From NCBI GenBank assembly GCA_964016885.1, contig OZ024743.1:123318001-123382000 (forward strand): DNA of 64,000 nucleotides, written 5' to 3'. The notes under the pieces were generated by a model that worked only from the letters and a program-made list of their open reading frames with translations, was not told where the DNA came from and searched no databases. This stretch comes from Eledone cirrhosa (Eukaryota). Positions 37,259 to 53,010 of this stretch are shown one piece after another (the first letter of the stretch is position 1; each line of letters opens with the position of its first letter). Made by a program: the position numbers and the translations under genes.

Positions 37259-37517
37259 ACGGGGTCGATAAAATAAAGTACCAGTAATGCACTGGGTAAT
37301 TGCTGGCCTTGTGCCAAAAGTAGAAACAATTATTACGGTGAATTGGCAGTATCTGTAGAGGATCGGACGCCATGCTTTTCAGCATAGTTACGTCCCTTTA
37401 CAATCTGAGTTCAAATCCCGTTGAGGTTAACTTTGCCTTTCATCCTTACGAGGTCGAAGTACCAGTAAAGCACTGGCTTTTTGCTGGCCTTGTGACAAAA
37501 GTAGAAACAATTATTAT
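37259..37517 (+). mobile_element. Two tandem SINE copies (family of 4744), the second following the tail of the first
   Basis: 3' fragment 37259-37334, then a near-complete copy 37336-37517. Confidence 0.85.
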
Positions 37518-37937
37518 AGTGGTGAAAAAGAAAATCATTGTGGTGTTGTGAATATATGATTAAATCCAGCAATCATGCACTAATAAATGAAAGTGGATTT
37601 GAATCAAAATAAAAAAAAACTATGATAATATCAAAAAGTAAATTATGATTAATGTGGAAACCTGCAGAGGGCAGAAAGCTGTGAATATAAATAATTGCTC
37701 ATAATAGAGAGTGTCAAATGTTATACTATTACGATACTACTTGAATCATATTTCATTTTCCACTCGCCATGCATTCATACAAAACGTGCATATATTTAGA
37801 TACCTACATGGAATATCCGTGAGAATGTATATACACAAATTTCATACATATAGATATGCATGCGTTTGCAGGTTAATAAATTTACGCGTGTCTACTTGTA
37901 CAGATTTTCCTTTCACACACACGCACACTTGTGAAGT

Positions 37938-38021
<84 letters not shown>

Positions 38022-38951
38022 GCTTACATAGTTGCGTATAAGCGTCTGTATGCGCAACCAAATTCGTGCGGAAAAGACTCAAATGTTCGCAGGAATTCAC
38101 TCACTATTCACATAGACTTGTGTAAGCTCATACAAAGCCCCGCACCAACATGTACATGCACGTGTATCAATAGTCATGAGTAATCCCGCTCGTCAACACA
38201 CTGGTATGTCATCATGTTCTTCGTGTTTGCATTGTTATACATGCACATGCGCACACCTCTACACGGATTGGCATTCAAATAATATCGAGTACCCATTTAA
38301 ATGTAACTTGCTGATGAAGGAGACGCATCTGCAAAATTGCATTAAAATAAGTGAATAAATGATATCCATTACATTAAATCAATGCAGCGTATCATTTATT
38401 TATTGAGCTGGATAAGTGATGAATAAAAATCATCAAATGGTAATAAAATGGGATAAGTGGTGAATAGTGAAGATTGAAATGTGATATAGATGTTAAAAGT
38501 TACAAAATAAAGCAAAATAAATTAAAGGAAATAGAATGAAATCAAACAAAATGAAACATGGTCATATGAAATAAAGTAAGAGGAAATATATTGGTTTTAA
38601 AAGAGCATTGTTCTGATAGAATTAACTATGAAAAAATGCGAGGAGGCATAATATGGATCGATGTGGGGTTCAGAAGTGTCGAGAGCTCTTATGTAGTTGT
38701 TTCAGGAAGATAACAGAAATGAATGCAATGATTTGAGCAAAAATAATATAAAGGTGGTATATATTGGAGTAAAATATACCTTCGTACCTAGTAAAAGGAA
38801 TTTAGACTCTCTGATCTCAAAACTTCTATTGCGACATAGGTGAATATAGTTTACTGCTTCTCGGAGAAGCTGAATATATTTCGAGAAGGTTGTCGCCTAC
38901 CCAATTTGAAGTTGGTGAAACAATGTCTATATATATATATATATATATATA

Positions 38952-39199
<248 letters not shown>

Positions 39200-39240
39200 G
39201 GCGTGTGTGTCTGTGTATGTGTGTGTATGTATGTGTGCGT

Positions 39241-39325
<85 letters not shown>

Positions 39326-39327
<2 letters not shown>

Positions 39328-40920
39328 AGGTCGCTCATGTGTTTTACTGGTAACATGTAGTCCAGTACAACCTGTAACATGATTGGGTCATCGGTGATTA
39401 AATCGGCAACCGCACCAAGCGTGCTTGGTGAGAATGGGGATTTTTGGACACCCTGCAGGATGAAAAAGAAAACCCGTCAATACGGCTGAGGAAATCTTGA
39501 GAAGGAACGGCCATCCAATACCTGAGGTTCCTGGAAACCTTTTGCACCAATCCTTTGTTATCAACATTTCCGAGTTAGTCCAGCACAAGCCTTCCCCCCT
39601 ATAAACAATGCATTTGTGTGGGTAACTCAACAGTTCTACCAGTTCTATCTATTTGATATCACACCATTAACACGAAGCCCATCGGAGAGAGAGCGAAGGC
39701 AAAGGGATGAAGGACAGGGTATTACAGGAAGTCTTTAGCTGGAGCTTTAGACAGTGGCGGCCATCAGGTGATAACCTTTGGTGCACAAAATAAGAGCAAC
39801 TTGCACTATTTGTATCTTCTGATGGTAAAAAAAAGCAGGTTTTTTAGACATAGCACTGCTTTTCTTAAACAGTGAGGGGCAGTGAAAGGAGCCCGAAGCA
39901 AATGTTTTAACTTGGAAGAAAACCGGGGCTGTCTGGTTATTCAACGATGCGGTCGAAATAAAACAAAGAATTTATCTTTTAGTTCCTGGAATATTAGAAC
40001 ATTTCGAAACAGTCTGGGGCGAAGACCAACACTCATCTGCAATGCACTCAACAAATATAACATTGATATCTGTGCGATAAGTGAAACTCGACACCCTGCC
40101 ACGTTACGAATAGAAAAAGACAGCCGGAGCACGAGCATCCCCATGTTCCTATCACAGTTTACGCCAAGAATCTGAAGTATGTGAACCCCTTTACTTCTGT
40201 ATGTAACTCCTTTGCTTCTATAAAGCAACTGACGCCTTTGGCAAACTACATCATCGTCTATGGGGTGTCCGAGGTATATCCCTGAAAACAAATGTTACGG
40301 TTTATCGCGCAGTGTGTGTGTACAACACTTGTATATAGCTCGGTGTCATGGACACTTTATCGCATGTATATTTATAAGCCCGATGTTTTCCACAAGCACT
40401 GTCTTCACTCTATCTGTGACTATGCACACTCTGTCAGAAACTCCAATGCCAATCAGTTCACGAGGTGCAATTCCAGTGGGATTGACTCATTTTTTATGAA
40501 ATCCCAACTCGGACGGACTGGTCACATGCTAGGGACTATTGAGGATCAATGTACAGTCAACTTCAAAATGATGCACGTAATGTAGGTAGGCCACTATTCA
40601 GATATAAGGACAAACTGAAGTGAAATCTTAAATGTTTGAACATTTATCCTCTTATCTCTTTTGAAGCCTTAACCGTAGAAAATGGAGAATTGTCTGTCTT
40701 GACGGTATAAAGACCTTTGAAAAATCTCGTCTGGTCAATCTTCATGATCTAATAACACAAAGATCCGATCAAACATTCCATCTTGCTACGCCCAAAATCC
40801 TATCGTCTGCATTAAATGTGGCATGATGTGTAAATCAGTTGCTGGACTAAAGTGCCAGTTAAGGCACAATCATAAAAAATGAACTTGTTGTAGCTTCATA
40901 CGTCGACATGAGACAAAATA
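39326..40920 (+). mobile_element. Decayed, internally deleted RTE-BovB-like LINE
   Basis: APE start SWNIRT...RRPTLI..AL.KYNIDICAISETR. Post-RT KLHHRLWG.RGI, WTLYR and GRP...YKD.LK remnants; C-terminal C..CG..CKS..GL zinc finger. Confidence 0.8.
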
Positions 40921-40976
40921 ATCCATCTTATATGTATATACATACACACTCACATACATATACACACGCACACTCG

Positions 40977-41021
<45 letters not shown>

Positions 41022-41617
41022 ACACACACACATATGTATTATTTCTGTTTGTAATTGCTGGCATTGTGCCTAAAGTAGAAACAATTATTTCTGTTTACCA
41101 TTTAAATACATATATTTATATATATATATAAACAGACAAACGTTAGACGCTGTTTTCTGTAGTTTGGCATCACCCCTTCCTTCCTCAGTCATCTGTAGTG
41201 CGTGACGTCAACACCCCTTCATTCCTCGATTATCTCTAATATGTGACGTCATCACCCCTTCCTTCCACAATCATTGAGTGACGGAAGGATGGACGGACGG
41301 ATGAAGTCGCTCAAATTTATATGTATATAGATATATATAGATAATGAAAGGGGGAAAACAATTATATGTTCAAATAAATTGCAAAATCAAATGTTCGTAT
41401 CATTTTCACTTCAAAACTAGTTTTCCTCTATTATACATTAGTATATATTAATATATACGTTGTAAAACTTACGCATCTACGCATACACATCATAGACATG
41501 TACTCTCGCATATTGCTATATATTGTAAGCGGGTGTATGTATCTATCTCTTTCTTTCTCTCTCTCTAATATATATATATATGTGTGTGTGTGTGTATACA
41601 TACATATATATATATAA

Positions 41618-41802
41618 TATATTCTTTCTACGTTAGGCACAAGGCCAGCAATTATCCAGTGTATTACTGGTACTTTATTTTATCGACCCCGTAAGGATGA
41701 AAGGCAAAGCCAACCTCGGCGGGATTTGAACTCAGATCGTAAAGGGACGTAACTATGCTGGAAAGCATGGCGTCCGACCCTCTACCGATACTGCCAATCC
41801 AA
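41618..41802 (-). mobile_element. tRNA-derived SINE (family of 4744)
   Basis: Reverse complement of the family sequence. Confidence 0.9.
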
Positions 41803-41968
41803 TATATACACACATGTATATAGTATATATATATATACTTATATACATACATATATATAGTATATATACTTATATACATACATATATATAATATACATAC
41901 ATACATATACATGCATATATATATATATATTCTTATATACATTCATTTATATAATATACATACATATG

Positions 41969-42019
<51 letters not shown>

Positions 42020-42039
42020 TTATATACATAGACACACAA

Positions 42040-42127
<88 letters not shown>

Positions 42128-43456
42128 TACACATTGTATCCAATATATTTCACACATCCATCATTTTCTCAGAATTTATTCAGTTCTGTTAATTTGACAC
42201 GATGGTCTTGTAACCTCTTAGCGGTCATTCTGACGCCTATTGTACGTCTCGGTTGATGCCTCTCTAGAAATGTATATACACAAACTATCTTCAAAACAAC
42301 AAAATTACATTGATATTAAGTTTGAAGTTTCCATGTCCTGAGGTCAATCTTTTAGCAGTTTTGTCTAGCGCATTGTATTACACATTTCGATGGAGAATTT
42401 TTATTATTTTATTTTTAAATACAGATCTTATTGCCTAAAGAGACATAAACCTATATTATCACCTTTCCGCAGGGATAAACTTTATAGAATAAATTATCCG
42501 AGGTTCTGTCTATTCTGCACTTTGTCAACGAAGCAAATGTCACAAATATTTTTGTCTGTTGAGATCAAAAATAAACCGTTTGAAAACTATTTCGCTCTCA
42601 ACTCATTGATTTTCTGTAGTTTATTTTTTCAGTAGTGTTAAAAACATCATGAACTAGTATTTACTTACGACTTTGTTATATCCGTGCTAAATTTACATAA
42701 GCACGCTTAACGCTTCTGTATAAAATAACATTTATTTTCTTTGTCTAACAGTAAATTTATGAACAATGCAACTGTTGAAATAATATTCAAGACAAACATA
42801 TAACATTATGGTTGTACAAATATTTTACAATCTGTATTATCAAACATAACAAATGACTCCTCTGTGTATGCTGTGGATATTGTAATATTACTGTAATAAT
42901 GACAATTAATGATCGATCTCGCTCTCGTTATTATATGCGATTGATCCACACCTCCCATGTGGATATCTGTACGTGAGAAGTTGTATTTTATAGAGACTAT
43001 TGCACAATTTGTTATATCAATACTATGTAGTCAATCATATAGTTTGGCGTGCCTAGTTTCCATAATTTTCCAAATGGGTAAATTACACGCTAAACATTAA
43101 AGAGATTACGGAATAGAAAAGATGAAGCTAAAACTATGTAATGTTGGAAATATAGAAAACCTACTAAATTAAACTTTTAGAAGCCAACAGTTAAAACCAT
43201 AGAATTATATGAATTTTATTCTAGAGTTTATACACTATTTAGTTAAAACTATACCTGCAATCAAAATCATTTAAGCAATAGCTCAGACTGGTGACTGATT
43301 CTTCTTGAACATTTTAAATGTATAGGATTTTTAAATTTAAAGAAAGCCACCAGGCCGATGCCTTTTTTTTTAAATCATTAATATCTCAAACGACAAAGTT
43401 TAGTGAAATGGATTTTATCAGCAATCAAACCCGAACATTATTTTCAGATGACCAGG

Positions 43457-43665
43457 TTGGTGGATTGGCAGTATCGGTAGATAGTCGGACACCATGCTTT
43501 GCAGCATAGAGTTATGGCCCTTTATGTTCTGAGTTCAAATCCCGCCGAGGTTAACTTTGCTTTTCATCCTCACGGGGTCGATAAAATAAAGTACCAGTCA
43601 CGATTAAATTGCTGGCCAGTTTATTTAATTGCTGGCCTTGTGTCTATATAAGAAACCATTATTTT
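43457..43665 (+). mobile_element. tRNA-derived SINE with 21-bp TSD
   Basis: CATTATTTTCAGATGACCAGG at 43436-43456 and 43657-43677. Confidence 0.9.
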
Positions 43666-44767
43666 CAGATGACCAGGGATTTACATATTTTCAGGGAATT
43701 TTTAGCTTCACAATCTAAGTTTATTTGGAGACAGATTAAAATGTAACTAAAGGTAATATGTATGGGAAAAGCTTTTAACTCATTCTTTGTAAATCAACAT
43801 TTTACTTTCGGTATAACAGATTTATATAATCGTGACACTTTTCATCAGGGTTACTTTAACACTTATGAATCATCATAAGCTCCAGTATGCGACAAAGATC
43901 ATCACTGATGGGAGACGATGGAATGATATGCGTTATTTTGTGTATGTATATATATATATGGTTCGAATCCCTCATATAGCCATTTCTGTCTAACGTTGAT
44001 GGTCTTAATGTCTAATATTATTTACAGCCATGCTCCAATTTTTAGGTCATATTTTTCATATTTTCTAAGAAAATACCTTATGATTCTCCGTTTATTTATG
44101 AAGTTAGTTCTGTTATTTCATTTATATTTTAAAACATTGTGACCGTAAGGCCAGACTAAGTTAACATTTCTAGTACAATATCGCTTTCAAAAAACCATCA
44201 TCATGTTTTTTGTTGTTATTTCCCAGGTTTTTTTCTTTTCAAAGGTTTAAGTAAAGCAGAAAGTAACTACCGATGAAGTCATATTATTTGTTGGAGACAT
44301 TTAAAAACTAAAGTGACACTTGTGTTCTAGTCTTTCTTATATTTAATTCAATGTCTTTAATCTGCGGGATATATTTACTAACTTCATGTCTCTCGGTGGA
44401 GTATTAAAACATCTATTAAAATATTCTAACCTCATTTTTAGTTACATATCATGCACCACTGGGAATTATATAATGTTAAAGTGCCAAATTTGCAGACATA
44501 TCGCCAGCTGCAGAGCAGTCAGTATTCAAAATCTGGTATTATATTTCTTTATCTTTCACGCAATGCCCATATTTATATGCCTTTGTATATAACGCTTTCT
44601 ATGAAATTATTATATCTGTCTATATTCAGATAATAATATCATTTTATTTTTCTATCTTAGAAGACGAGGCGTTTGAAGATAGCTATTATACAGTATTTTA
44701 CTTGCTAGCAATACAATTAGCAGTATTAGAGTAGGGTTTCTTTCCTTTTAAGAACCTATTTATATAC

Positions 44768-44922
44768 CTCACTTATAATTTCTTTTTTACTGACACCAAA
44801 TATGAAATTGGGAATTTCTTCCACCCTGAAAAAAGTTTGAATATCATTTCTTGACAGATTATCTGTCGCTAAGCACTTTGCCTTCAACGCCCTTCGGTTG
44901 ATGTCGGGTGGTGCTGGACAAT
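44768..44922 (-). CDS. Candidate internal coding exon (155 bp), unidentified protein
   Basis: Acceptor TTTTTCTCCAAATTACTTTCAG, donor GAG|GTATAT; single open frame CPAPPDINRRALKAKCLATDNLSRNDIQTFFRVEEIPNFIFGVSKKEIISE; GC-richer than its flanks. Confidence 0.35.
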
Positions 44923-47798
44923 CTGAAAGTAATTTGGAGAAAAACAATACCATTAATGTTCCTATATGCTATCCAATTTATGATGCCGGAAAAAGATAGT
45001 CCCTGAGAAGATATTAAAAGTTGTTGAATTTCGTCAGTCTTTAACAAACTGTGTAACGCTACACGTCAACACGGTTTGTCTACGAAGTCAACGGTTAAAC
45101 AAGTTTAGTTTATTCGTTTTTTTTTTTTTATTGTATTTAAATAATAAATAAATGGTAATCGGAATAAAATCTTAATTATTCTTTAACGGTTTGATTGGTG
45201 TCGTCTCATTCATTGCTTTTGTTTTTTATTATTAAATATATAATTTAGTTCGTAGAGGGTCTTGATAGTAATGTGACCTACTTGATGACATTTCGTATTC
45301 ACTCACCCGCACTATACTCATTTATGTAGTAAGGTTTGCGTTAATGAATCAGTCTTTAAATATTAGCTAAATCTGCTACAAATAGCAGCCAAATCTATTT
45401 AAATCTGACCTTGCCGTCGTTGGCTATAAATCTGCTCGGACAGAGCTGTGCTAGAGTTAAACGAGAAAAAGATAATAAAGCGACCACTTGAAAGATATCC
45501 AGTTTTAATATAATCCATATTCTTACAAGTTTATAGATGATGCACCATAAGGTATGAATATATGAATTCCTCTTCCTAGAGGCTCAACAACAACAAAATG
45601 AGAATAGATCGAACATAACGAGAAACATCAACAACAACAACAAAATTTGATTCCGGTGTCGGAATAAATGACACTCCAACATAAACTTTTGGCTTATTAT
45701 ATGAAGTATGCTAGCACACATTTTACCATCTTTATGCTGGTCTTTTCGCAGGCCAAACTTGTAAAATATCTACAGAAATAGAAATGTGGGGGAAATGATA
45801 GCTATGATAATCGTAACTACATATTTAAACAGACGCCATTTGTGAATAAGTGATTATTCACTTCTCCAGCTCCAATAATTACAAACGTATTAGCTTTTCC
45901 TGTGTTATAAAAGTCCTTTCTATGAGTAATTATATCTAAGGGAGATATGTAAAACGGATAAACCGAAGATAATATGTTTTACAAGATCTGTTCAATTGAT
46001 CAAAATGAATATGTAATAAATCAACAATACAAATCCTAAAACAATATAATACTAATAGCACAGATTATCTCTACATTTGTCGACAAAGATATAATTTGCT
46101 CTATAATTGTTGCTGAAATCCAGTATCCGAAATATCCCAGCGATATATTATAAAACAAACATTCTGAGTTAATCTGATCAAAGTAAATCCACAGAAAGTG
46201 TTTAGAATCAAGTACGTAAATATGGTTTCAGGTCAACAAATGTAGCAAAACAAATTCCAAGCAGAAGGAATAGCAATAAAAATATCACTTTTTGAAACGA
46301 CTTCCAGACGTTTGCATTGGTATCAATGACAGATTGATAATTCCTCTTATAAGAAGGTCACATAACGGAACAGTTCTACTCTATGCGCCTGTCCTATCAT
46401 CTACTTCGACTTCCTACGTCTACCCAGCAACCAGAGTAGCAAAAGAAGTGAAAAACTCCGAATAAATTGACATGGGGAATACAAATTGTAATAGGGTAAA
46501 TTTTGGACTGGGTTGCTGAATAGTAACTGAAAATTATTAATTCCATTCAATGAGAGAAAAATATTACTTTTCATTAGTTGAAATAATCATCGCTGACATG
46601 ACTGCCAGAATATCATCGTTAACTTTAACATCACAAATCTTATGCAACGTAGTTTGCTCCACTAACTAGTCGCTCGAACTGTTCTATAACACTTCTTTTC
46701 AACAGGATTGAATTTAACATTGGTAAATTATAACCTGCTAGAGGCTGCAACATGTTTCAATGAATACTGCTGAAAGACTTTTCAACAATCCAAGTTGTTT
46801 TTGAGATGGACGGAAATTGTTTAATGAGCTTGTGGTAAATGCAATTCTATAAATATTATAGTAAAACTTACAAGATTTTGTCATTGAAATTATTATAGTT
46901 GTCTTAATTATTACTGTTGTAGTACATATTAACACCGATGTAATAAATAGCATTGCAGTTATTACGCTCTTTCCAGTTTGTATTTTCTTTGTTATTGTTC
47001 GGGATATTATATATATTGTCTATTGTCGTTGTTGTAATTACAACAGTAAAGATTCAATTGCCAATAAACTTATAGATGTTATTTTAGTTATATTGTTTGT
47101 TCTCATTTGAATGTGACGATATAACATCAATGTGTTTGAGCACAAGATCACTATAGTGTCATCAGAGAAACGATGCAACAGGGAATTTAAAATTAATTTC
47201 TAAATTATGTATATTCAGCATAGAACATAATTTTACATGATAAAATAAAAAAGATGAACGAATAAAGACATTTATTATTTACAACACCAGGATGGACCAT
47301 TCAGCAAAATTGAAAGGTGATTCTTCACTTCAGAAATGATCTTTCACACTGACTGTGATCAAACTAACTTTTGGCATGGAGTAATGTTATTTTACTCTGT
47401 GATATAGTATCAGCTGAAAATATGGCAATAATATTCAGAATCAAAAAAAATAATAAATGAATGGATGAAGGTGTTTATTGCCAACTTAAATTTTTGAATA
47501 TTGCTAACAGAAATATAACTGAAACCTTAACATACAGTAGACTAACACAGATGTATGTCAGAAGTTCACAAGTTGGTATATTTTATCCTGGCAAAACACT
47601 GCCAGTGTGAAAAATGATGTTTTCTTTTCGATAAAGAGCGCAAACGAACATACACACACGTGCGCGCGCGCGCACACATACATATTTGCACACACACACA
47701 CACACACATACACACACACAAACACATATATATATATATATACATACATATATATATATACATATATATATGTATATATATATGTATATACAAATATG

Positions 47799-47893
<95 letters not shown>

Positions 47894-48041
47894 GGATATG
47901 TGTTCCTTCACGCACAAGGCGCTAAGGGACGCATGTATTGTCCAACCAAATGCCGATGTGGTTCAATGGCAGGTTAATAAATTAACGAGCCAGAACATAT
48001 ATAAACAAGGTTTAGCAAATAATGAAAATTTGCTAAACCTT

Positions 48042-48087
<46 letters not shown>

Positions 48088-48108
48088 ATATATACGTATA
48101 TAATTACG

Positions 48109-48139
<31 letters not shown>

Positions 48140-48532
48140 CCAAAATAAAATTAAGGGTGTCATGTCTGAGAGACATGCGCCATATCCACTGCAGAATATG
48201 CTCAAAGATTCCAATGAATAGATCCGAGGATTTTATATCAACTAGAAATTGATTGACATATATATATATAAAATAAACACATGAAACAATCATAGGGAAT
48301 AATTTGTAAAGTGTGTAAGCACACACACATATATTTATATATATATATATGTCAATCAATTTCTAGTTGATATATATATACATATATACATGTATATATA
48401 CTTGTATATATACATATATGTATGAATATCATGATCATCAGGTCGAGCTTGCTCGGCTTTCTACGACACGTTTCCTCCATCCATCTCTGTCTGTATATAC
48501 ATATATATATATATATATATACGTATATGTGT

Positions 48533-48677
<145 letters not shown>

Positions 48678-48834
48678 CATATATAGATACTACTACCCTG
48701 TGTGTCTATGTACGTATATATAAATACATAATAAGGGGTGCGCTAGTATAAATATATACACATATCTAATATGCAGGCATGTAAACATGCCAGAAAATAT
48801 GAATTTCCTTGTAAATTGAAACAATGATAAACAC

Positions 48835-48875
48835 CATTAACCGCTTTTCAGATCTAATTGAACCCTCATCAGAAG
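48835..48875 (-). ncRNA. Decayed minimal hammerhead
   Basis: Minus strand: CTT-CTGATGA-GGGTTCAATTAGATCT-GAAA-AGCGGT-TA-ATG; stems I and III imperfect. Confidence 0.4.
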
Positions 48876-49169
48876 TCATGTATATCACCCAATCAACCAC
48901 AAGGATACATGTATTTGATGGGTATATAACCATTCGCTTTTTGTATTATTCTGAAATCGTGTTACTAGTTTGCACATAATTAGTGCTCTTGTTGGTAATT
49001 ATTGAAGATATATATTAAGATATAACTTTATCATACAAATCGGCTGTATGGGGTGCAGTTTAACATCTCATGCATAATGCTTTCTTTTATTATACTGTCA
49101 AGTGATTATTGTTTATCACTAGATTTGTTTATCACTATATTTGTAATTATTGTTTATCATTAACGTGTG

Positions 49170-49604
49170 GGAATCCCCCCCCCCCTTCTGAAGCCCTCCC
49201 TCCTGGCTCAGAAGCACCATGGGTCCAGTGGAAGACACTCAACCACCTGAGAACAGGAATGGGGCGATCAAAAGCTGCTATGGCCAGATGGAGCTACAAG
49301 ACCGGCCCACCCATCTGCGAATGCGGAGAGGAGGACCATACGATGCAGGACTGCCCAACCAGTGCAGCTTAAAAGATCTCTCCAGAATTTAATAATAATT
49401 GTTTCTACTTTTTGGCACAAGGCCAGCAATTCCTCAGTACATTACTGGTACTTTATTTTATCGACCCCGTAAGGATGAAAGGCAAAGTTAACCTCGGCGG
49501 GATTTGAACTCAGAATGGCAAAGGCCGTAACTCTATGCGTCAAAGCATGGCGTCCGACCATGTACCGATACTGCCAATTTTAATAATAATGATTTCTTTA
49601 TTGT

Positions 49605-49659
<55 letters not shown>

Positions 49660-49945
49660 TTTTTTTTTTTTTTTTATAAATAAATAAATAAATAAATAAA
49701 TTTTAATAATAATTGTTTCTACTTTTGGCACAAGGCCAGCAATTAACCCAGTGTATTACTGGTACTTTATTTTATCGACCCCGAAAGGATGAAAGGCAAA
49801 GTTAACCTCGGCGGGATTTGAACTCAGAATGGCAAGGACCGTAACTCTATGCGTCAAAGCATTAATAATGCAAAGGACTGTGTAACGAAATGGGAAACTG
49901 TCATATAACCACATGCTTCGAAGATACGAAAAGAAGAAGAAGAAT
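49170..49945 (+). mobile_element. Vingi-like LINE 3' fragment interrupted by two SINEs
   Basis: LPPG...WKTLNHLRTGMGR...MARW...CECG...TMQDCP; resumes at ~49862 (NAKDCVTKWETVI*) and ends GATACGAAAAGAAGAAGAAG. SINEs at 49390-49577 and 49703-49860 (minus). Confidence 0.7.
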
Positions 49946-50343
49946 TAACGAGTGGACATATGGTCAAAAATATTCCTGTCATGATCATCTCGTCTCTTTT
50001 AGAACTTAATGTAGTACATGTGATTGTTATTTCTACCTTGTGGAGCTGCTGTTTTCCGTATTTTTATCGTAATAAAAACAGCAGACCCAGGTATGATGGT
50101 CTTAGTCACAGGATTTGTCGGTGTGAATAGCAACACCGTGTTTGGTACTAATAAGGTTATTGAGATTGCTGCTATTTTTAGTGCAATGTGATTTGTATGT
50201 TTTTCTGGACTGAGTATGAAAGTTTTCTCACGCTGGTATGGGAGTAACGCTTTGTCTTTCATGTTAAGTATTGTTTGTTTGATTCTGTATGCGATGTATG
50301 AGAATAGACTATGATCTGGTTTTGATGATGCCGACTGCACTGT

Positions 50344-50572
50344 ATGGATTAGCAGTATCGGTAGAGCGTCGGACACCATGCTTCGTGGCAGAGAGTAACG
50401 GCCCATTACGTTCTTAGTTCAAAACCCGCCGAGGTTAGCTTTGCCTGTCATCCTTACGGGGTCGATAAGATAAAGCACCAGTGAGTACTGGGGTCGATTT
50501 AATCGATTTTCCCTCTCCTTCAAATTGCTGGCCTTGTGTCTAAAGTAGAAACTATTATTATTATTATTATTT
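50344..50572 (+). mobile_element. tRNA-derived SINE, longer subfamily
   Basis: Family head and central domain, extra GTACTGGGGTCGATTTAATCGA segment and (ATT)n tail. Confidence 0.85.
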
Positions 50573-51463
50573 GTAATTTATCGTATGGTGGCATAATCCA
50601 TCATAGGTCTAACCTACCCGATAAGATTTCAATTAAATGGAGTAAAATAATGATTCTTATATAATAATATAAATGACGCATGGGTCTTCGCTTCATATAC
50701 TATTGTATGATATAACCTTAGTTTATCCTTCCCAGGTATTCTGACTACGTATTTCCTTGGGAATTTAATGATCCTGTTAGGAAGAATATTTATATCAGAT
50801 TCGATCATGACTACAGACAATGGGTTAAGCAGCAGCTCTACATCATTTTGTGGTTACTAAAACTTTAACGCAGTTTATTAATGGCAATCAACTAACCAGC
50901 GTTGCCGCCTGCAACAAAGCAAAAGTAATATTTCTTCATCACCGATTTCTATAAATATAACCTTAGTTTCTTTAAGCCACAAGTTTCAAAACAAAAGTTT
51001 TCTTCGAACTCTGTTTGGTATACTCATTAATATCCATCGTCTGGTATTTCTTACCTGAAAATTTCCTCTAAATACTAGTTTCACTTTGTTAGAAATAAGT
51101 TACAGGTCTTCGTAAATTACAGTAATAAAACTATGGGGATTAAATAGAGATTTGATAACAATGTATGAATAACATTATATATACATGCCTATGGTAGCAA
51201 TGTGGTATCAAAGATTGATGCATCTTGATATTCAATTTTATTTATTTTTCCTACCGTTACATTACGTTTCGGATGCGAACGTATGTATGTATGTATGTAT
51301 GTATGTATGTATATAAATATATGTGTATATATAAACGGAAAAAATGAAACGAAATTTCATACGTACATATATATATATATGTGTGCATGTATGTATATTT
51401 ATATATATACATACTACTGTACGTCTATATACATATGTGTATGTACGTGTACCTACTTATATT

Positions 51464-51558
<95 letters not shown>

Positions 51559-51596
51559 GTATATTGACATACCTACATACATACATACATACATAT

Positions 51597-51630
<34 letters not shown>

Positions 51631-51966
51631 GTCTTTGAGTGTTTGAAGAACTTAGATTGTCGCTATGAAATGAATTAATAATTGGTTTTATACATTTTAT
51701 TGGTGTTTCTACAATATTCCGCCTTTACCATCGTTTTGACAGGTCACCTCCTACGTATAATAAGCCGTCATTACAATATGAGAATATCACTTTATAATAG
51801 ACCATTTTATCGTCATTGTGAACAACACCACGTAACCTGAACCAACCAATGAATGTTATTTACATTTCTCTAATGCATCTGATGATTTAGACGTGATTTC
51901 CTCTCGAAACCTCTGATAATGCGGAGATCAGTCAGAATATTAATATAAATAGTGTATATCTAAATA

Positions 51967-52059
<93 letters not shown>

Positions 52060-52110
52060 CATATATATATATATACATATATATATACATACATATATAT
52101 ATATATATAT

Positions 52111-52292
52111 AACAAAGGAATTGTGGTAAGGAACCAGATGGACCTTAACGCACCAGAGTACTCAATACTTAGGGTAGTAGAGCGGGAAATAGGAAAAAGT
52201 ATGACCCCGACGGCGTTTCGACTGCTATTTCTGGACGTCCAGAAATAGCCGTTGAAACGGCTTGAGCTCTGTCGTCGGGGTCATATTTTTCA
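52111..52292. mobile_element. Fold-back fragment of the PLE terminus at 1297-1435 (duplicated at 53523-53704)
   Basis: Palindrome centre CTATTTCTGGAC|GTCCAGAAATAG. Confidence 0.8.
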
Positions 52293-52431
52293 TATATATA
52301 TATATATATTAGAAAATAGAATAGCTTTCACCGTATTTTTCGACTAAAGAAATGTTAGTCTGATAATGGGGTTTAGAACCCTCAGATAAATGGAAAAAGA
52401 TGAGTATTGACGTACATGTAGGTCAATACTC

Positions 52432-52528
<97 letters not shown>

Positions 52529-52661
52529 TAAAGAGTTAAACAATATTCAATGAGTATATCAAAGAATGAGTTTTACAGTAGATTGGAAGCACTCTATAGA
52601 AAAATAATTTTCCTTGATTAAATCTTAACCATTTAACATCTCAGGGTATGTCATGTATCAT

Positions 52662-52720
52662 TATATTTTGTCTGATGAGGACGTACTGTTGTACATCTGA
52701 AATATGTATAATAAAATGTA
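52662..52720 (+). ncRNA. Type I hammerhead ribozyme (duplicate at 54062-54120)
   Basis: Stem I TATATTTTGT/ATAAAATGTA (10 bp with G-U); CTGATGA; GGACGTAC-TGTT-GTACATCT; GAAA; TATGTA; triplet ATA. Confidence 0.75.
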
Positions 52721-52771
52721 AATGATAAAAAAAACATCTATTTTATTAATATTTGTATTTTAATATATATG

Positions 52772-52936
<165 letters not shown>

Positions 52937-52970
52937 GTATATTGACATACCTACATACATACATACATAT

Positions 52971-53010
<40 letters not shown>

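Noticed and set aside
46870-47110. Hydrophobic plus-strand frame ending ...ANKLIDVILVILFVLI*, reminiscent of a Cys-loop or chemotactile receptor M4 helix
   Set aside because: No upstream ORF or ligand-binding domain, and the I/V richness follows from low-complexity ATT/GTT sequence.
49999-50340. 135-aa minus-strand ORF, faintly like an I-clade LINE RNase H linker
   Set aside because: It starts inside a SINE and the similarity is too weak to assign.
51875-51925. CTGATGA...GAAAC with GCAT/ATGC stem I (also at 53255), and a similar motif at 43795-43855 minus
   Set aside because: Stems II and III pair too poorly to call; possibly decayed hammerheads, not counted.
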